In this document: one piece after another, positions 39,068-48,469 of the stretch
Layout of the letters: each line of letters opens with the position of its first letter
Numbering within the stretch: the first letter of the stretch is position 1
Source of the DNA: a virus
Reading direction: 5' to 3' (one strand)
Length of the DNA stretch: 64,000 nucleotides
Virus record (IMG/VR): IMGVR_UViG_3300044701_003563
Notes under the pieces: generated by a model
What the model was told of the DNA's origin: nothing
Seen by the model: the letters and a program-made list of their open reading frames with translations, nothing else
The model's database searches: none
Made by a program: the position numbers and the translations under genes

Positions 39068-39880
39068 TCAGTATCTAAGGAATCCTGCAACACTGTCAAT
39101 AACGGCTCTAGTCGTGTCAACAATATTCTCATCAACTCTTCTTCTCAATGGATTAAGAGTTGCTGGGAGATTATTAAGTAATGGATTATCTCTGACCTGA
39201 CTGGCAATATTATAAACGTATCTATTGACAGTATATCTTGTGAATGAAAAAGAAACCGTACATTTTAAAATTTGAGAAGAATCATAAGAAACTGGCATCG
39301 ATGCTATGGAAATTGGATAGGCTTTATGAAATCTATATGACAAATAAGTTCCAGTAAAATCTCGTTCAAACTTATTAATAAAAATATCAGTTTGATAGTC
39401 TGTTGGAAAAGCAACTCTATAAAAATAATTTCCATCTTCACTTGATGGTCTGTCTCCAACTGGAATAATCGACTCATCTACTACATGTTGTATCCAATTT
39501 TCAAAAAACCAAATTATGTTATGACTATTTCCCGAACCACCAGCTCCTCTAGCTCCATAATGATCAACATAAAATGTAAAGTCCATTCTTTCATCAAATT
39601 GCCTCCTATATGGATGTCTTTCTGTAACTCCAGTATAGTCCGAAAGAATTTCATTAGTAGCAAGTTGGGACCCAGGAAGAGAAGCTTCTGAACAGAGAAA
39701 TGATATGTTTTCTTCAAGGCTCTTAAAATCTAATCCTCTTTCTTTTATCCACGATTTAGATTTTTCTGTAGGATAAAACCAACATTGATAAAACGATGTT
39801 AAGGAAGGTTTTGCAAATATACCTTTCCAATAAGTTACATCTGTCCTTGCAACATCTGGTTTAGGTGCTCGTAAAGGCAT
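39068..39880 (-). CDS. Tail tube-like protein (gp54 / gp19 family)
   Basis: LCSEASLPGS...FTFYVD...FFENW...AYPISIASMPVSYDSSQILKCTVSFSF. Confidence 0.8.
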   Translation of the reverse strand: MPLRAPKPDVARTDVTYWKGIFAKPSLTSFYQCWFYPTEKSKSWIKERGLDFKSLEENISFLCSEASLPGSQLATNEILSDYTGVTERHPYRRQFDERMDFTFYVDHYGARGAGGSGNSHNIIWFFENWIQHVVDESIIPVGDRPSSEDGNYFYRVAFPTDYQTDIFINKFERDFTGTYLSYRFHKAYPISIASMPVSYDSSQILKCTVSFSFTRYTVNRYVYNIASQVRDNPLLNNLPATLNPLRRRVDENIVDTTRAVIDSVAGFLRY

Positions 39881-39881
39881 C

Positions 39882-39889
39882 TATAAATA
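39882..39889 (+). promoter_or_regulatory. T4-type late promoter for gp4
   Basis: TATAAATA. Confidence 0.7.
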
Positions 39890-39913
39890 CGATTAAAGAC
39901 TTATATAATATGT

Positions 39914-40369
39914 ATGCGAGAAAGAGAAGGTAAATATCATCAAGGAAAATTTCACCCAAGGAATCCAGAAAAATACAAGGGCGATGTAAATAATATTATA
40001 TACAGATCTTCATGGGAATTGAAATTCATGAAGTATTGTGATAGAAAAGAAAATATACTTGAGTGGGGAAGTGAGGAATTTTTTATACCTTATTATGACC
40101 CAACTACAGAAAGAGTTCGTAGATATTTCCCAGATTTCTATATGAAAATTGAAGAATCTGATGGAAAAATAAGTAGATACATTATAGAAGTTAAACCAAA
40201 AAGGCAGACGGTAAAGCCACAAAAAACTACAGGAAAAAGAAATAAAACATACATTAATGAAGTATTAACTTACGAAAAAAATAAAGCAAAATGGAAGGCA
40301 GCACAAGATTTTTGTGAAAGCAGATTAATTCATTTTAAGGTAATAACGGAAGACGATTTGGGACTATAA
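39914..40369 (+). CDS. gp4: Head completion nuclease
   Basis: GKFHPRNPEKYKGD..NIIYRSSWE...YFPDF...IEVKP. Confidence 0.93.
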   Translation: MREREGKYHQGKFHPRNPEKYKGDVNNIIYRSSWELKFMKYCDRKENILEWGSEEFFIPYYDPTTERVRRYFPDFYMKIEESDGKISRYIIEVKPKRQTVKPQKTTGKRNKTYINEVLTYEKNKAKWKAAQDFCESRLIHFKVITEDDLGL

Positions 40370-40378
40370 ATATAAATA
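40365..40378 (+). promoter_or_regulatory. Overlapping tandem T4-type late promoters for gp48
   Basis: TATAAATATAAATA. Confidence 0.7.
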
Positions 40379-40395
40379 CTGCAATAAACTAAAAA

Positions 40396-41619
40396 ATGGC
40401 TCTTCCAATAGGTTGGAAACAAGAAGGATCATCTTATAGAATCGGAGTAATAGGATCTCAAAATGTTCAGACGGAACTTATAACAACCTTAGACGGAAAG
40501 CAGCAAATAGTTCAAAAGGGAACTAGTAATGTAATATACGAAAGAAATTTAAATGATACATCCTGGACCACAAAAAATAATGCTTTAGATCAGCAAATAG
40601 GATCAAATAAAACAACATTACAATCAACTGCAAATGGATTGACATATAGATTAATCTCATCCAATGGTTCAGACGCACAGAAAACTGCAGCTAATAATTC
40701 AAATTCATTCAAATCTCAATCTAATAGTGGAATAGATCCCACTAATTTGGAGCAAGATGCGAGAAAAGTAGAACCAACAGTAACCCAACAATCCCAAACT
40801 ACTGCGGCTGGAAAAAGATTCCAGTATCCAGTCAATATGACTGATGCTCAAGATAAAGTAAGATTTACTGCGGTCGAAATTATACCAGGAAAAAAATCTG
40901 AATTTCTTATTAAAGATGCTTCAATCTATATTGCAGTTCAAGGACCAATAACAGATACAAATGTTGTTAAATGGGGTGAGGGAACATTAAATCCAGCAGA
41001 GCAGGCTGGATTAGATAAAGCTAGACAATTAATAGCAGAAGGAAAAGAACCTACCGTAGTTGCACAAGAATCTCAAACACAAGCAGCAAACTTTCTTCAG
41101 CAGCAACAAGCTGAAATGAGAGAACTTGCTGCTGGAGCTGCTGTCGGAAGACCTGATATATTAGCAAGAACAGCAGCAAAAATATTAAACCCCAACCTTG
41201 AGTTGTTATTTCAAGGTCCACAGTTAAGACAGTTCCAAATGACTTTTAAGATGAGTGCAAGGGATAAAACTGAAGCAGCTACCATAAAAACAATTATAAA
41301 ATATTTTAAGAGGCATATGGCAGTAAGAAGAGATGCCAGTGCTGCCTTTTTAAAAGCACCTCACGTATTCACAATTCAGTATTTAAAAGGATCCCAAATT
41401 CACCCATCAATTGGGAAAATAAGTCCAAAAATTTCTGGCAAAACAAAAGCATGTGCGTTACTTTCTTTTACTACTGATTATACTCCACTTGGACAGTATG
41501 CAACATATAATGATTCGGAAGGAACTATGGTGGCATATACATTAAACTTACAGTTTCAAGAAATAGAACCACTTTATGATACAGATTACTTTGAAGACAA
41601 TCATGCAATAGGTTACTAA
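40396..41619 (+). CDS. gp48: Baseplate tail-tube cap
   Basis: NPNLELLFQGPQLRQFQMTFKMSAR...IIKYFK...LQFQEIEP. Confidence 0.88.
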   Translation: MALPIGWKQEGSSYRIGVIGSQNVQTELITTLDGKQQIVQKGTSNVIYERNLNDTSWTTKNNALDQQIGSNKTTLQSTANGLTYRLISSNGSDAQKTAANNSNSFKSQSNSGIDPTNLEQDARKVEPTVTQQSQTTAAGKRFQYPVNMTDAQDKVRFTAVEIIPGKKSEFLIKDASIYIAVQGPITDTNVVKWGEGTLNPAEQAGLDKARQLIAEGKEPTVVAQESQTQAANFLQQQQAEMRELAAGAAVGRPDILARTAAKILNPNLELLFQGPQLRQFQMTFKMSARDKTEAATIKTIIKYFKRHMAVRRDASAAFLKAPHVFTIQYLKGSQIHPSIGKISPKISGKTKACALLSFTTDYTPLGQYATYNDSEGTMVAYTLNLQFQEIEPLYDTDYFEDNHAIGY

Positions 41620-41620
41620 A

Positions 41621-42412
41621 ATGTCAGATAACAACTATTTCAGATATATTCCAGATTTTGAATACATCTCAAGAGGTCCAGGCAAAATAGGTTCCTCAGA
41701 CTTCATCAAAGTTAAAAATTTTTTCGTGAGGGGAAGCATAAGAGAAGATTTGTTTAATAACCTCACAGTATTTGATCGTTATATTATTGAAGGCGATGAT
41801 AGACCAGATAATGTTGCATATAAAGTTTATGAAGATCAAAATCTTGACTGGGTTATTTTACTATCAAATAATATTATTGACATATATTCTGAATGGCCAT
41901 TATCTCAATTAAATTTTGAAGCATATCTAATGGAAAAATATGGCAATTTTCAAGAATTATATTCACCAAGATATTATGAAACTTTAGAAATAAAAGATAG
42001 TCAAGGAGTTGTCATAGTTCCAGCTGGACTTCAAGTTTCAAATCAATACATTGATTTTGAACAAACTATTATAGAAAAGCAAGAAGTATTTGATCCTAGA
42101 ACTGAAATAACTACGATTGTTGACGTAGAAGTTCCAAACACAAATTATTTGAAACTTAAACCAACATACTTTCAATTTTTTGACTATGGAACTGGTAAAG
42201 ATGTTCTCTACAATAGTGTGATAAAAGAAGTATCAAATTATGAGTATGAATTAAAAATTAACGAAGAAAAAAGACAGATCTTTGTTTTAAAGAGAGAATA
42301 TTTGGGAATTCTTATAGATCAAATGGAAGAAAATCTTGAATACAAAAAAGGTTCCAAACAGTATGTGTCTGGAACCTTGAAAAGAGGATCTACTGTAGAT
42401 TTTGAAGATTAA
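41621..42412 (+). CDS. gp53: Baseplate wedge subunit
   Basis: YFRYIPDFEY...GDDRPDNVAYKVY...DWVILLSNNI...EWPL. Confidence 0.9.
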   Translation: MSDNNYFRYIPDFEYISRGPGKIGSSDFIKVKNFFVRGSIREDLFNNLTVFDRYIIEGDDRPDNVAYKVYEDQNLDWVILLSNNIIDIYSEWPLSQLNFEAYLMEKYGNFQELYSPRYYETLEIKDSQGVVIVPAGLQVSNQYIDFEQTIIEKQEVFDPRTEITTIVDVEVPNTNYLKLKPTYFQFFDYGTGKDVLYNSVIKEVSNYEYELKINEEKRQIFVLKREYLGILIDQMEENLEYKKGSKQYVSGTLKRGSTVDFED

Positions 42413-43360
42413 TCAATCATCAAGAAGACCTTGGAACTTGCGAAGATAATCGTCTTCATCATCATTTTCTTCTAGATCAGTTTGTTTTGCAGGAGCAACA
42501 TCCTTACTCTTCTTGTAAGAATTTTCAAGTTCCCTCAGAACATCTTCCTCACTAGTTTTCTTAGGAGCATAAGATTCATACTCTTCCTCTTCATCGTGAG
42601 TAGATGCTTTGGGAGCAACACGATTGATGCCAAGGACATAATTCATGCGCTTCTCAAGTTCTTCATAGGACTTGAATTGATCAGGAGCAAGGATTGCAGA
42701 AAGAGAATACTCTTTCTTCCAGATTGCTTCCAGTGCTTCATCGTCTTCAAGAAGAGGACCAGCAGTATCAAATTCAGATTTGTCGTAGTTCCAGTAACCT
42801 TCCACCTTACGAATCTTCAGACGGAAGTTTGCTCCTGCCCAAAAATCAAAAGGATTGATGGGTTCTTCGTCTTCAAACTCTGGTTGCATTGCATTCAGGA
42901 TCTTATCAAAGATCTTTTTACCATACTTGAAGAGAAATACTTTACCTTCATTCTGAGGATTTGCGGGATCCTTTACAACGTAGATGTTGCTGTAGTAGGA
43001 CAGTTTACGCTTTTGCTTACGGACTGTTTCCTGATCTTTAGGATCACCAGTGTTCCAAAGACCACGATTCAGTTTTGCAACGGGATCTTCTTTGCTAATT
43101 GTGGTGAGAGAATTTTCGATGTACCATCCACCAGGACCTTGGAATCCATGAGAATACATCTTCACCCAAGGAAGATCTTCATCGGGAGGGGCAGGCAGGA
43201 ATCGGATAACGGCAGAACCAACACCGTCCTTACCCATTGCAGGTTTCCAGAGACGATCATCAGTGCCATTTCCACTATTCAGTTTTTCAACTTCTTTCAC
43301 CAGTTTTTCGGTGAGAGAACCAAGAGAGGATTGCTTTTTGAGTTTAGAAAAATCAGACAT
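42413..43360 (-). CDS. gp32: Single-stranded DNA-binding protein
   Basis: DDRLWKP...AVIRFLPAP...HGFQGPGGWYIENSLTT...YGKKIFDKI; acidic C-terminus. Confidence 0.96.
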   Translation of the reverse strand: MSDFSKLKKQSSLGSLTEKLVKEVEKLNSGNGTDDRLWKPAMGKDGVGSAVIRFLPAPPDEDLPWVKMYSHGFQGPGGWYIENSLTTISKEDPVAKLNRGLWNTGDPKDQETVRKQKRKLSYYSNIYVVKDPANPQNEGKVFLFKYGKKIFDKILNAMQPEFEDEEPINPFDFWAGANFRLKIRKVEGYWNYDKSEFDTAGPLLEDDEALEAIWKKEYSLSAILAPDQFKSYEELEKRMNYVLGINRVAPKASTHDEEEEYESYAPKKTSEEDVLRELENSYKKSKDVAPAKQTDLEENDDEDDYLRKFQGLLDD

Positions 43361-43403
43361 GTGTTTTACGGATTGTTTGAGATTTGGCCTTTACGACGAC
43401 TTT

Positions 43404-43432
43404 ATCCTACCAGTGGCAAGAAGGGATGTCAA
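43404..43432 (-). promoter_or_regulatory. Sigma70-type promoter for gp32
   Basis: TTGACA-N17-TAGGAT, lying within the last codons of the upstream gene. Confidence 0.75.
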
Positions 43433-44135
43433 GCCCTGTATCTAAAAATATAGTGTTTATATCATCTTTATATATTTCTTTATATCCATGAGAAATTATT
43501 TTTTTTCTTATCAATTTACATTCTTCTATGTAATCCAAAAAGTTTTGATATTTTTCATTTAATTCTTTTAATTCTATTATAATCATTTTTGGTTTCCAAA
43601 AATCAATAGAAAAAGATTTCATAACATCGTACTCATTCCCTTCAACATCAACTACTAAGATATCAAAATTTTTTGGTACATTGTGTTCTTTTAAAATTAC
43701 TTCCAGTCTATATTGAGGAACCTTTACAATATCATAAGATATATGACTCATCCATTCTATGTCTGGAGTTCTTAAAACTTCAGACATATCTGATGTTGAA
43801 TATTGATAATATAAACAATCTTGACTATCTTTGTCCATTGATCTACTGTAAGAGTTATAGAAATTTATTTCTCCCTCAACAGACCCAATAGAACAACGAA
43901 TTACTTCGGCTTTGTTATAATAATGCCTATTATAACAAAGTTCATACGACCTTTGAATTGGTTCTATGTATAATCCATTCCACCCAAAATCAGAAAGTCC
44001 ACTTGTATTGGAGCAGAATTCTCCGTCATAAGCTCCAACTTCAACAAAAAACCCCTCATAAGGAAATCCAAAAACATGCTCATAGATATTTGAAAGATTT
44101 TCTATTTGACATGTATTACTTATATTATACGTCAT
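43407..44135 (-). CDS. FkbM-family methyltransferase
   Basis: FFVEVGAYDG..SNT...GWNGLYIEP...FDILVVDVEGNE. Confidence 0.88.
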   Translation of the reverse strand: MTYNISNTCQIENLSNIYEHVFGFPYEGFFVEVGAYDGEFCSNTSGLSDFGWNGLYIEPIQRSYELCYNRHYYNKAEVIRCSIGSVEGEINFYNSYSRSMDKDSQDCLYYQYSTSDMSEVLRTPDIEWMSHISYDIVKVPQYRLEVILKEHNVPKNFDILVVDVEGNEYDVMKSFSIDFWKPKMIIIELKELNEKYQNFLDYIEECKLIRKKIISHGYKEIYKDDINTIFLDTGLDIPSCHW

Positions 44136-44143
44136 AATTTATT

Positions 44144-44470
44144 TTATGATAAAACATCTTTCATGACTTTAATCATGGATTCCATATTATTAAAAATCAC
44201 ACCAATATCTATATTCTCTTGCATTCCCATCATCACTGCTTGCCTTTGAATTTTTTCTTTAAATTCAATTGCTTCTGGGTCATCAGAAAGAGATAATCTG
44301 GTATATAAAATCCTTTGCTTTTCAAGAAGTTTTTCAAGTAACCCAACATGAAACTTCTTTTCATCTAAATTCATTGTTGGAAATTTAAAAATATTTTTAT
44401 AGATATCTTCCTGGAGAATTGTAATCTCAGTCATTTCTGCTCGTACAATTTCAGAATTAAAAAAACTCAC
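44144..44470 (-). CDS. DUF1825-like conserved protein
   Basis: MSFFNSEIVRAEM...KQRILYTRLSLSDDPEA. Confidence 0.8.
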   Translation of the reverse strand: MSFFNSEIVRAEMTEITILQEDIYKNIFKFPTMNLDEKKFHVGLLEKLLEKQRILYTRLSLSDDPEAIEFKEKIQRQAVMMGMQENIDIGVIFNNMESMIKVMKDVLS

Positions 44471-45063
44471 TTGATAAACTCCTTAATTATATTTTTGTAC
44501 TTATCCATGTCAATATGTATAAAAGGAGAATACTTTTCTATCTTCATGGAAGTAAATTCCCATATTGGATCGATAAGATTCTTGTCATAATTTGATTTGT
44601 ATTTTAAAACCCTGTTGAGAATAACAAGAGTTTCTAATGAAACTTTTCCAGATAGATAAAGTTTAATTATACGTGGGTGTTTAGATCCAATGACTTTGAA
44701 GTTGGAAACAAAATCTCCATCAGAAAATATAACATCCAATTCTTCTTTGAAGATATAAGTTAAAGATTGAAGTTTCTTTTGCCAGTTCTTATAGTTCTGC
44801 TCTCCATTCTTAATGATTTCCCCAATCCATAAGGTCTGGGGATCATCACAAGATGCAAAATTGGCAACAAAAAAGTTTTTAATTTCTTCTTCAGTTTTTG
44901 TTCTGGACATTTTTTCAAACCAGAACCTGTCTTTTCGATTGTAAAAAGATTGCAAAGAAGCTTTCACTTTACCATTGTATTTGTGAAAATCATATTTTTT
45001 CTGAGTAAAGTGATTCTTAATTGCAATATAAGTCCTATAACATTCTAACGGATTAAGATTCAA
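44467..45063 (-). CDS. gp59: Helicase loader
   Basis: YIAIKNHFT..KYDFHKYNGK...RKDRFWFEK. Confidence 0.88.
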   Translation of the reverse strand: MNLNPLECYRTYIAIKNHFTQKKYDFHKYNGKVKASLQSFYNRKDRFWFEKMSRTKTEEEIKNFFVANFASCDDPQTLWIGEIIKNGEQNYKNWQKKLQSLTYIFKEELDVIFSDGDFVSNFKVIGSKHPRIIKLYLSGKVSLETLVILNRVLKYKSNYDKNLIDPIWEFTSMKIEKYSPFIHIDMDKYKNIIKEFIK

Positions 45064-45326
45064 AATACCAATCGTGCTTTAGAGGTTTTCTTTAGAAAAT
45101 TAAGATGAATTGCTTCGCATTTAATCTTTTCTTTCAATGGTTTTGAAAGAAGTTTTGGAACTGATTCCAAATCAATTTTATTTCTATCGCAGAAATAAAT
45201 GATAGCATCAATGTAAGAAACTTTTTCTTCTTGAACAACTTTCTCAATTTCTTGAGCAAACCTGGACGGACAATAAAATTTTTCCTGTAGGACTTTTTTA
45301 ATTTCCTGTTTATATTCTTTATCCAT
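45060..45326 (-). CDS. gp33: Late promoter transcription co-activator
   Basis: FAQEIEKVV...SYIDAI...LSKPLKEKIKCEA..LNFLK; start taken at MDKEY. Confidence 0.88.
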   Translation of the reverse strand: MDKEYKQEIKKVLQEKFYCPSRFAQEIEKVVQEEKVSYIDAIIYFCDRNKIDLESVPKLLSKPLKEKIKCEAIHLNFLKKTSKARLVF

Positions 45327-45357
45327 TGTATTTTCTAAATTTAAATCTATGAAATTG

Positions 45358-46056
45358 TCAAATACACTCATAATCCATTACCTTATCATTAACAAATTTT
45401 TTGATATATTTAAGCAAGAGATTAAAATATTTTTTCTTATCGTACTCTTCATAAACACGGAGTTCGCCATCTCGGCAACCCATGATAATAACAAATTTTT
45501 TAACAGAAAGACCTGTTAATTCATGAAGCATACATGCATACGCACAACATTGGACGAAATAATCTTCAATCCATTTTCTTGGTTTTGGATACTTTGAGGT
45601 TTTGAAGTCAATTATTGCTAATTCTGGTATTCCATTATCTCCAGTATATTCTCCGATACAATCGGTAGTTCCAGCAATCCCGAGAGATGAGCTATAAAGG
45701 GAACCTTCAAGTGCGTGAATATTATTTATGTTGTTTAGGGCAGGAACCATAATCTGAAATAGCATTTCAGACATAGGAAGAACATCAGAATTGCAATCAA
45801 GATTTTTAAGATATTGTTCAGTAAGTGTATGAGTATCTGTTCCAATAGAAGTAGATTCTTTACAGATACGATTTGCTTCTTTTTCTCCTACCTTTTCTCT
45901 CCATTCAGAAAATTTTTCTTTATTATAATGGCTGGTGACTGAAGTAATCGACACCAGCCTTTGGAGATTTTCTTGTCCTGGGATTTTATAATATCGAATT
46001 CCATCTATAGTTTCCCTTTTAAGATTGGGAAGATTCAAATCAACATGTGTAAACAT
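45358..46056 (-). CDS. PD-(D/E)XK exonuclease
   Basis: SITSVTS...WREKVG...GTTDCIGEY...IIDFKTS...YFVQ. Confidence 0.88.
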   Translation of the reverse strand: MFTHVDLNLPNLKRETIDGIRYYKIPGQENLQRLVSITSVTSHYNKEKFSEWREKVGEKEANRICKESTSIGTDTHTLTEQYLKNLDCNSDVLPMSEMLFQIMVPALNNINNIHALEGSLYSSSLGIAGTTDCIGEYTGDNGIPELAIIDFKTSKYPKPRKWIEDYFVQCCAYACMLHELTGLSVKKFVIIMGCRDGELRVYEEYDKKKYFNLLLKYIKKFVNDKVMDYECI

Positions 46057-46814
46057 TAAAGATCAAGCTCCGTTTTTTTAGTAAGGTATTCTTTAACAAG
46101 TCCAGATCTTACAATGTCATCAACTTCAAAATGAATCATTTCAAAGGAAGGCATTTGCTGCAAGATCCTCATAAAATCAACAACTCCAGATCGTTCGTAT
46201 TGTTTTGTGAGATCACTTTGCCTTGTGTCTCCACAGAACATGATCTTAGAGTTTTCTCCAACTCTTGTAATTATACTATCAAGCTCATGAAAGTTCAAGT
46301 TTTGAAATTCATCAACAATAATAATCGCATTTTCAAATGTCGTTCCACGAATAAATGAAGTTGACCAAAAACTAATAGTTCCTTGTGTCTTCAGATTTGC
46401 ATAGAGCATCTCTTCTGCAGCTTCATCATACACATCAAACATTGCTTTTACCATGTTTTTATATGGGATCTGATAAAGATCTGCTTTGTCATCATGAGAT
46501 CCTGGAAGAAATCCAATTTCCCTTGTGGGAACTAGTGACCTTACCAAATAAATCTTTTCGTATGGTGATCTTTCATCCAAAACATCACATAAAGAATTAT
46601 AGAGTGTGATAAATGTTTTTCCAGTTCCTGCTGCGCCATATGCAACTAAATGTTTATTTTCTTCATAGGCATTGAATAATCGTTCTTGATTATCTGTTAA
46701 GGGGGTAATATCTTTTAAAAGATCTACATTGATTGGTTTTTTTCTTCTTAATTGTTTCGGTGTCAACCCAACACCAACTTGATTTTCGGTCGGTCCCCTT
46801 CTTTTTCTTGCCAT
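46056..46814 (-). CDS. phoH: PhoH-family ATPase
   Basis: GAAGTGKT Walker A; IGFLPG; STSFIRGTTF; IVDEFQN; CGD..QSDL. Confidence 0.95.
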   Translation of the reverse strand: MARKRRGPTENQVGVGLTPKQLRRKKPINVDLLKDITPLTDNQERLFNAYEENKHLVAYGAAGTGKTFITLYNSLCDVLDERSPYEKIYLVRSLVPTREIGFLPGSHDDKADLYQIPYKNMVKAMFDVYDEAAEEMLYANLKTQGTISFWSTSFIRGTTFENAIIIVDEFQNLNFHELDSIITRVGENSKIMFCGDTRQSDLTKQYERSGVVDFMRILQQMPSFEMIHFEVDDIVRSGLVKEYLTKKTELDL

Positions 46815-46822
46815 AGAATTTC

Positions 46823-47074
46823 TTACCTTCTAATTTGATTTTTGGATCCAGCAGATTTTGCAGCTTTATCTAAAACTTCTTTCCAACCAGAATGTTTATT
46901 TTCAAGTTTATCACGCCATTCACCAACTTCCCCTGCTGAAGGGCAAGTTGATGGATCAGACCAATCCCGTGTCCATTCTGGGTTATCTTTTTTCCATTGA
47001 TCCCAATCATGGATACTCATTTCCACTTCTTTTTGTTCACCAGTTGTAATGTGAATAACAGGATATGTTGCCAT
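46823..47074 (-). CDS. Conserved small cyanophage protein
   Basis: MATYPVIHITTGEQKEV...; AATAAATA late-promoter-like site upstream. Confidence 0.75.
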   Translation of the reverse strand: MATYPVIHITTGEQKEVEMSIHDWDQWKKDNPEWTRDWSDPSTCPSAGEVGEWRDKLENKHSGWKEVLDKAAKSAGSKNQIRR

Positions 47075-47093
47075 TTTCTAATAATAATGTGTA

Positions 47094-47768
47094 TCAGTAT
47101 TTATTATGTGTATTCCACTCCAATGCTTCTGCAACATTGGGAAATTGTCCAGCAAAAATACACTGACATTCTTTAGCAATATCCATATGCTCCTGCTGTG
47201 TTCCATTTTCAGAACGAAGTTGAATATAATGAATCCAAGAACGACAAGAACCAGTCATGTAAATTCGTGTAGGAGTTGCAAGAGGAAGAATGAATCTAGC
47301 ACATTCTTTAGCAATACCATCATTCAACATTTGCTTATAAAGATCCATTCCTCTTTTGAAATAATCTTGATTCAACATTTCATACTTTTGAAGAACGAAA
47401 GGATCTACATCATCAATACTATTCTGACGATTCTTGGTGTCCTGACGACGAAGTTCAGGAACGGGAATATTCCCAAGCAAAGAGCTATCAGCATACCTCT
47501 GTGAGAACTCCTGGAAGGTGAATGAACGATGCCTGAGGATCTGGGCAGCAATGCCCCTGGTAGTGTTGATCTCCAGGGTCATAAAGGCATGTTCAAAGAT
47601 GCTCCAGTGCTCATGCTTGATACAATACCGAAGCAATCCAGCAGCAGTATCAAAGTTGAGTTGATTGTTTGGGTTGCTGACACGGGCAATGTAAGAGATT
47701 ACCTCTTGAGCATTCTGTTCAATCAGATCACCAGCACCCTGAGTGATAGCAATTAGTTTTGTATTCAT
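47094..47768 (-). CDS. thyX: Flavin-dependent thymidylate synthase
   Basis: HEHWSIFE; QILRHRSFTFQEFSQRY signature. Confidence 0.95.
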   Translation of the reverse strand: MNTKLIAITQGAGDLIEQNAQEVISYIARVSNPNNQLNFDTAAGLLRYCIKHEHWSIFEHAFMTLEINTTRGIAAQILRHRSFTFQEFSQRYADSSLLGNIPVPELRRQDTKNRQNSIDDVDPFVLQKYEMLNQDYFKRGMDLYKQMLNDGIAKECARFILPLATPTRIYMTGSCRSWIHYIQLRSENGTQQEHMDIAKECQCIFAGQFPNVAEALEWNTHNKY

Positions 47769-47953
47769 TCTTCAATCTCCCAACTATCTTTTTCTTTTTT
47801 ACGAAGTTTTTTGAGTTCCTTCATCATATCTTTAATCTCCTGATATGCAACTTCGGGAGACATTTTATCAGATACTTCAAGTCCAACAATATATTGAACT
47901 TTATCTCCAAATCGAGCAAGTGCTCTTTCAAATTCAGTTAATGTTTCGTACAT
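47765..47953 (-). CDS. Small conserved hypothetical protein
   Basis: FERALARFGDKVQYIVGLE...AYQEIK. Confidence 0.7.
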   Translation of the reverse strand: MYETLTEFERALARFGDKVQYIVGLEVSDKMSPEVAYQEIKDMMKELKKLRKKEKDSWEIEE

Positions 47954-47955
47954 TT

Positions 47956-48105
47956 TTAATCCTCCTCGTAGTATTCAATGTCATCATCAAGATCTGGTGG
48001 AAGAAAAGTTTGAAAATCATTTGATTCGGTTTTAACTTCTTCTTTAAGCATGGAAATAAGAATTTCCATGTTTTCTATTATCCACGAAACCTTTTCTTTA
48101 TCCAT
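47956..48105 (-). CDS. Small acidic hypothetical protein (49 aa, not in ORF track)
   Basis: Manual translation MDKEKVSWIIENMEILISMLKEEVK...DDDIEYYEED, downstream of a sigma70 promoter. Confidence 0.6.
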   Translation of the reverse strand: MDKEKVSWIIENMEILISMLKEEVKTESNDFQTFLPPDLDDDIEYYEED

Positions 48106-48129
48106 GAAATATATTTGTTCGACATGTAC

Positions 48130-48168
48130 ATTTTACACAAAAAAAGAGAGGGAGTCAAGTCCCTCTCT
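48130..48168 (-). terminator. Intrinsic terminator overlapping a sigma70 promoter
   Basis: GAGAGGGA-CTTGAC-TCCCTCTC-T7; the loop supplies the -35 of TTGACT-N17-TAAAAT. Confidence 0.8.
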
Positions 48169-48174
48169 AATTTA

Positions 48175-48282
48175 TTAAGCAACTTGTGGTTGCTTTGCCA
48201 TATTCAATTGTGCTTCTTTAAGTTTTTCGTCTTTTTCTTTTTTATCTTTAATAATCTGAAGAGGATTTAATTTGACAATCAT
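48175..48282 (-). CDS. Small basic peptide (35 aa) translationally coupled to DUF4278
   Basis: MIVKLNPLQIIKDKKEKDEKLKEAQLNMAKQPQVA; ATGA start/stop overlap. Confidence 0.6.
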   Translation of the reverse strand: MIVKLNPLQIIKDKKEKDEKLKEAQLNMAKQPQVA

Positions 48283-48437
48283 TTTGCCACCTCCCCATTA
48301 TTGCAAGGACGATAGGGAATTCCACGGTATGTATTTTGTGGATGTGCTGGTGCATGTGTTTTAGAATACCACTTACGATATTCTTCTTTAGGTGTGTCGG
48401 TATTATACTGACAACCCCTATAGGTTGCTTGTGACAT
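48279..48437 (-). CDS. DUF4278-family small protein (two YRG motifs)
   Basis: MSQATYRGCQY...NTYRGIPY; strong SD (TAAGGAG); directly downstream of glutamine riboswitch aptamers. Confidence 0.85.
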   Translation of the reverse strand: MSQATYRGCQYNTDTPKEEYRKWYSKTHAPAHPQNTYRGIPYRPCNNGEVAK

Positions 48438-48469
48438 TAGGTTTTCTCCTTAGTTTTTAGGTTAAAGAG

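Noticed and set aside
42482-43453. 323-aa plus-strand ORF antisense to gp32
   Set aside because: It mirrors a codon-biased gene, has no recognisable motifs and has an unnatural composition.
45358-46056. Possible Cas4 / CRISPR link for the exonuclease
   Set aside because: It is the standard T4-like cyanophage core exonuclease between phoH and gp33; there is no array or other cas gene.
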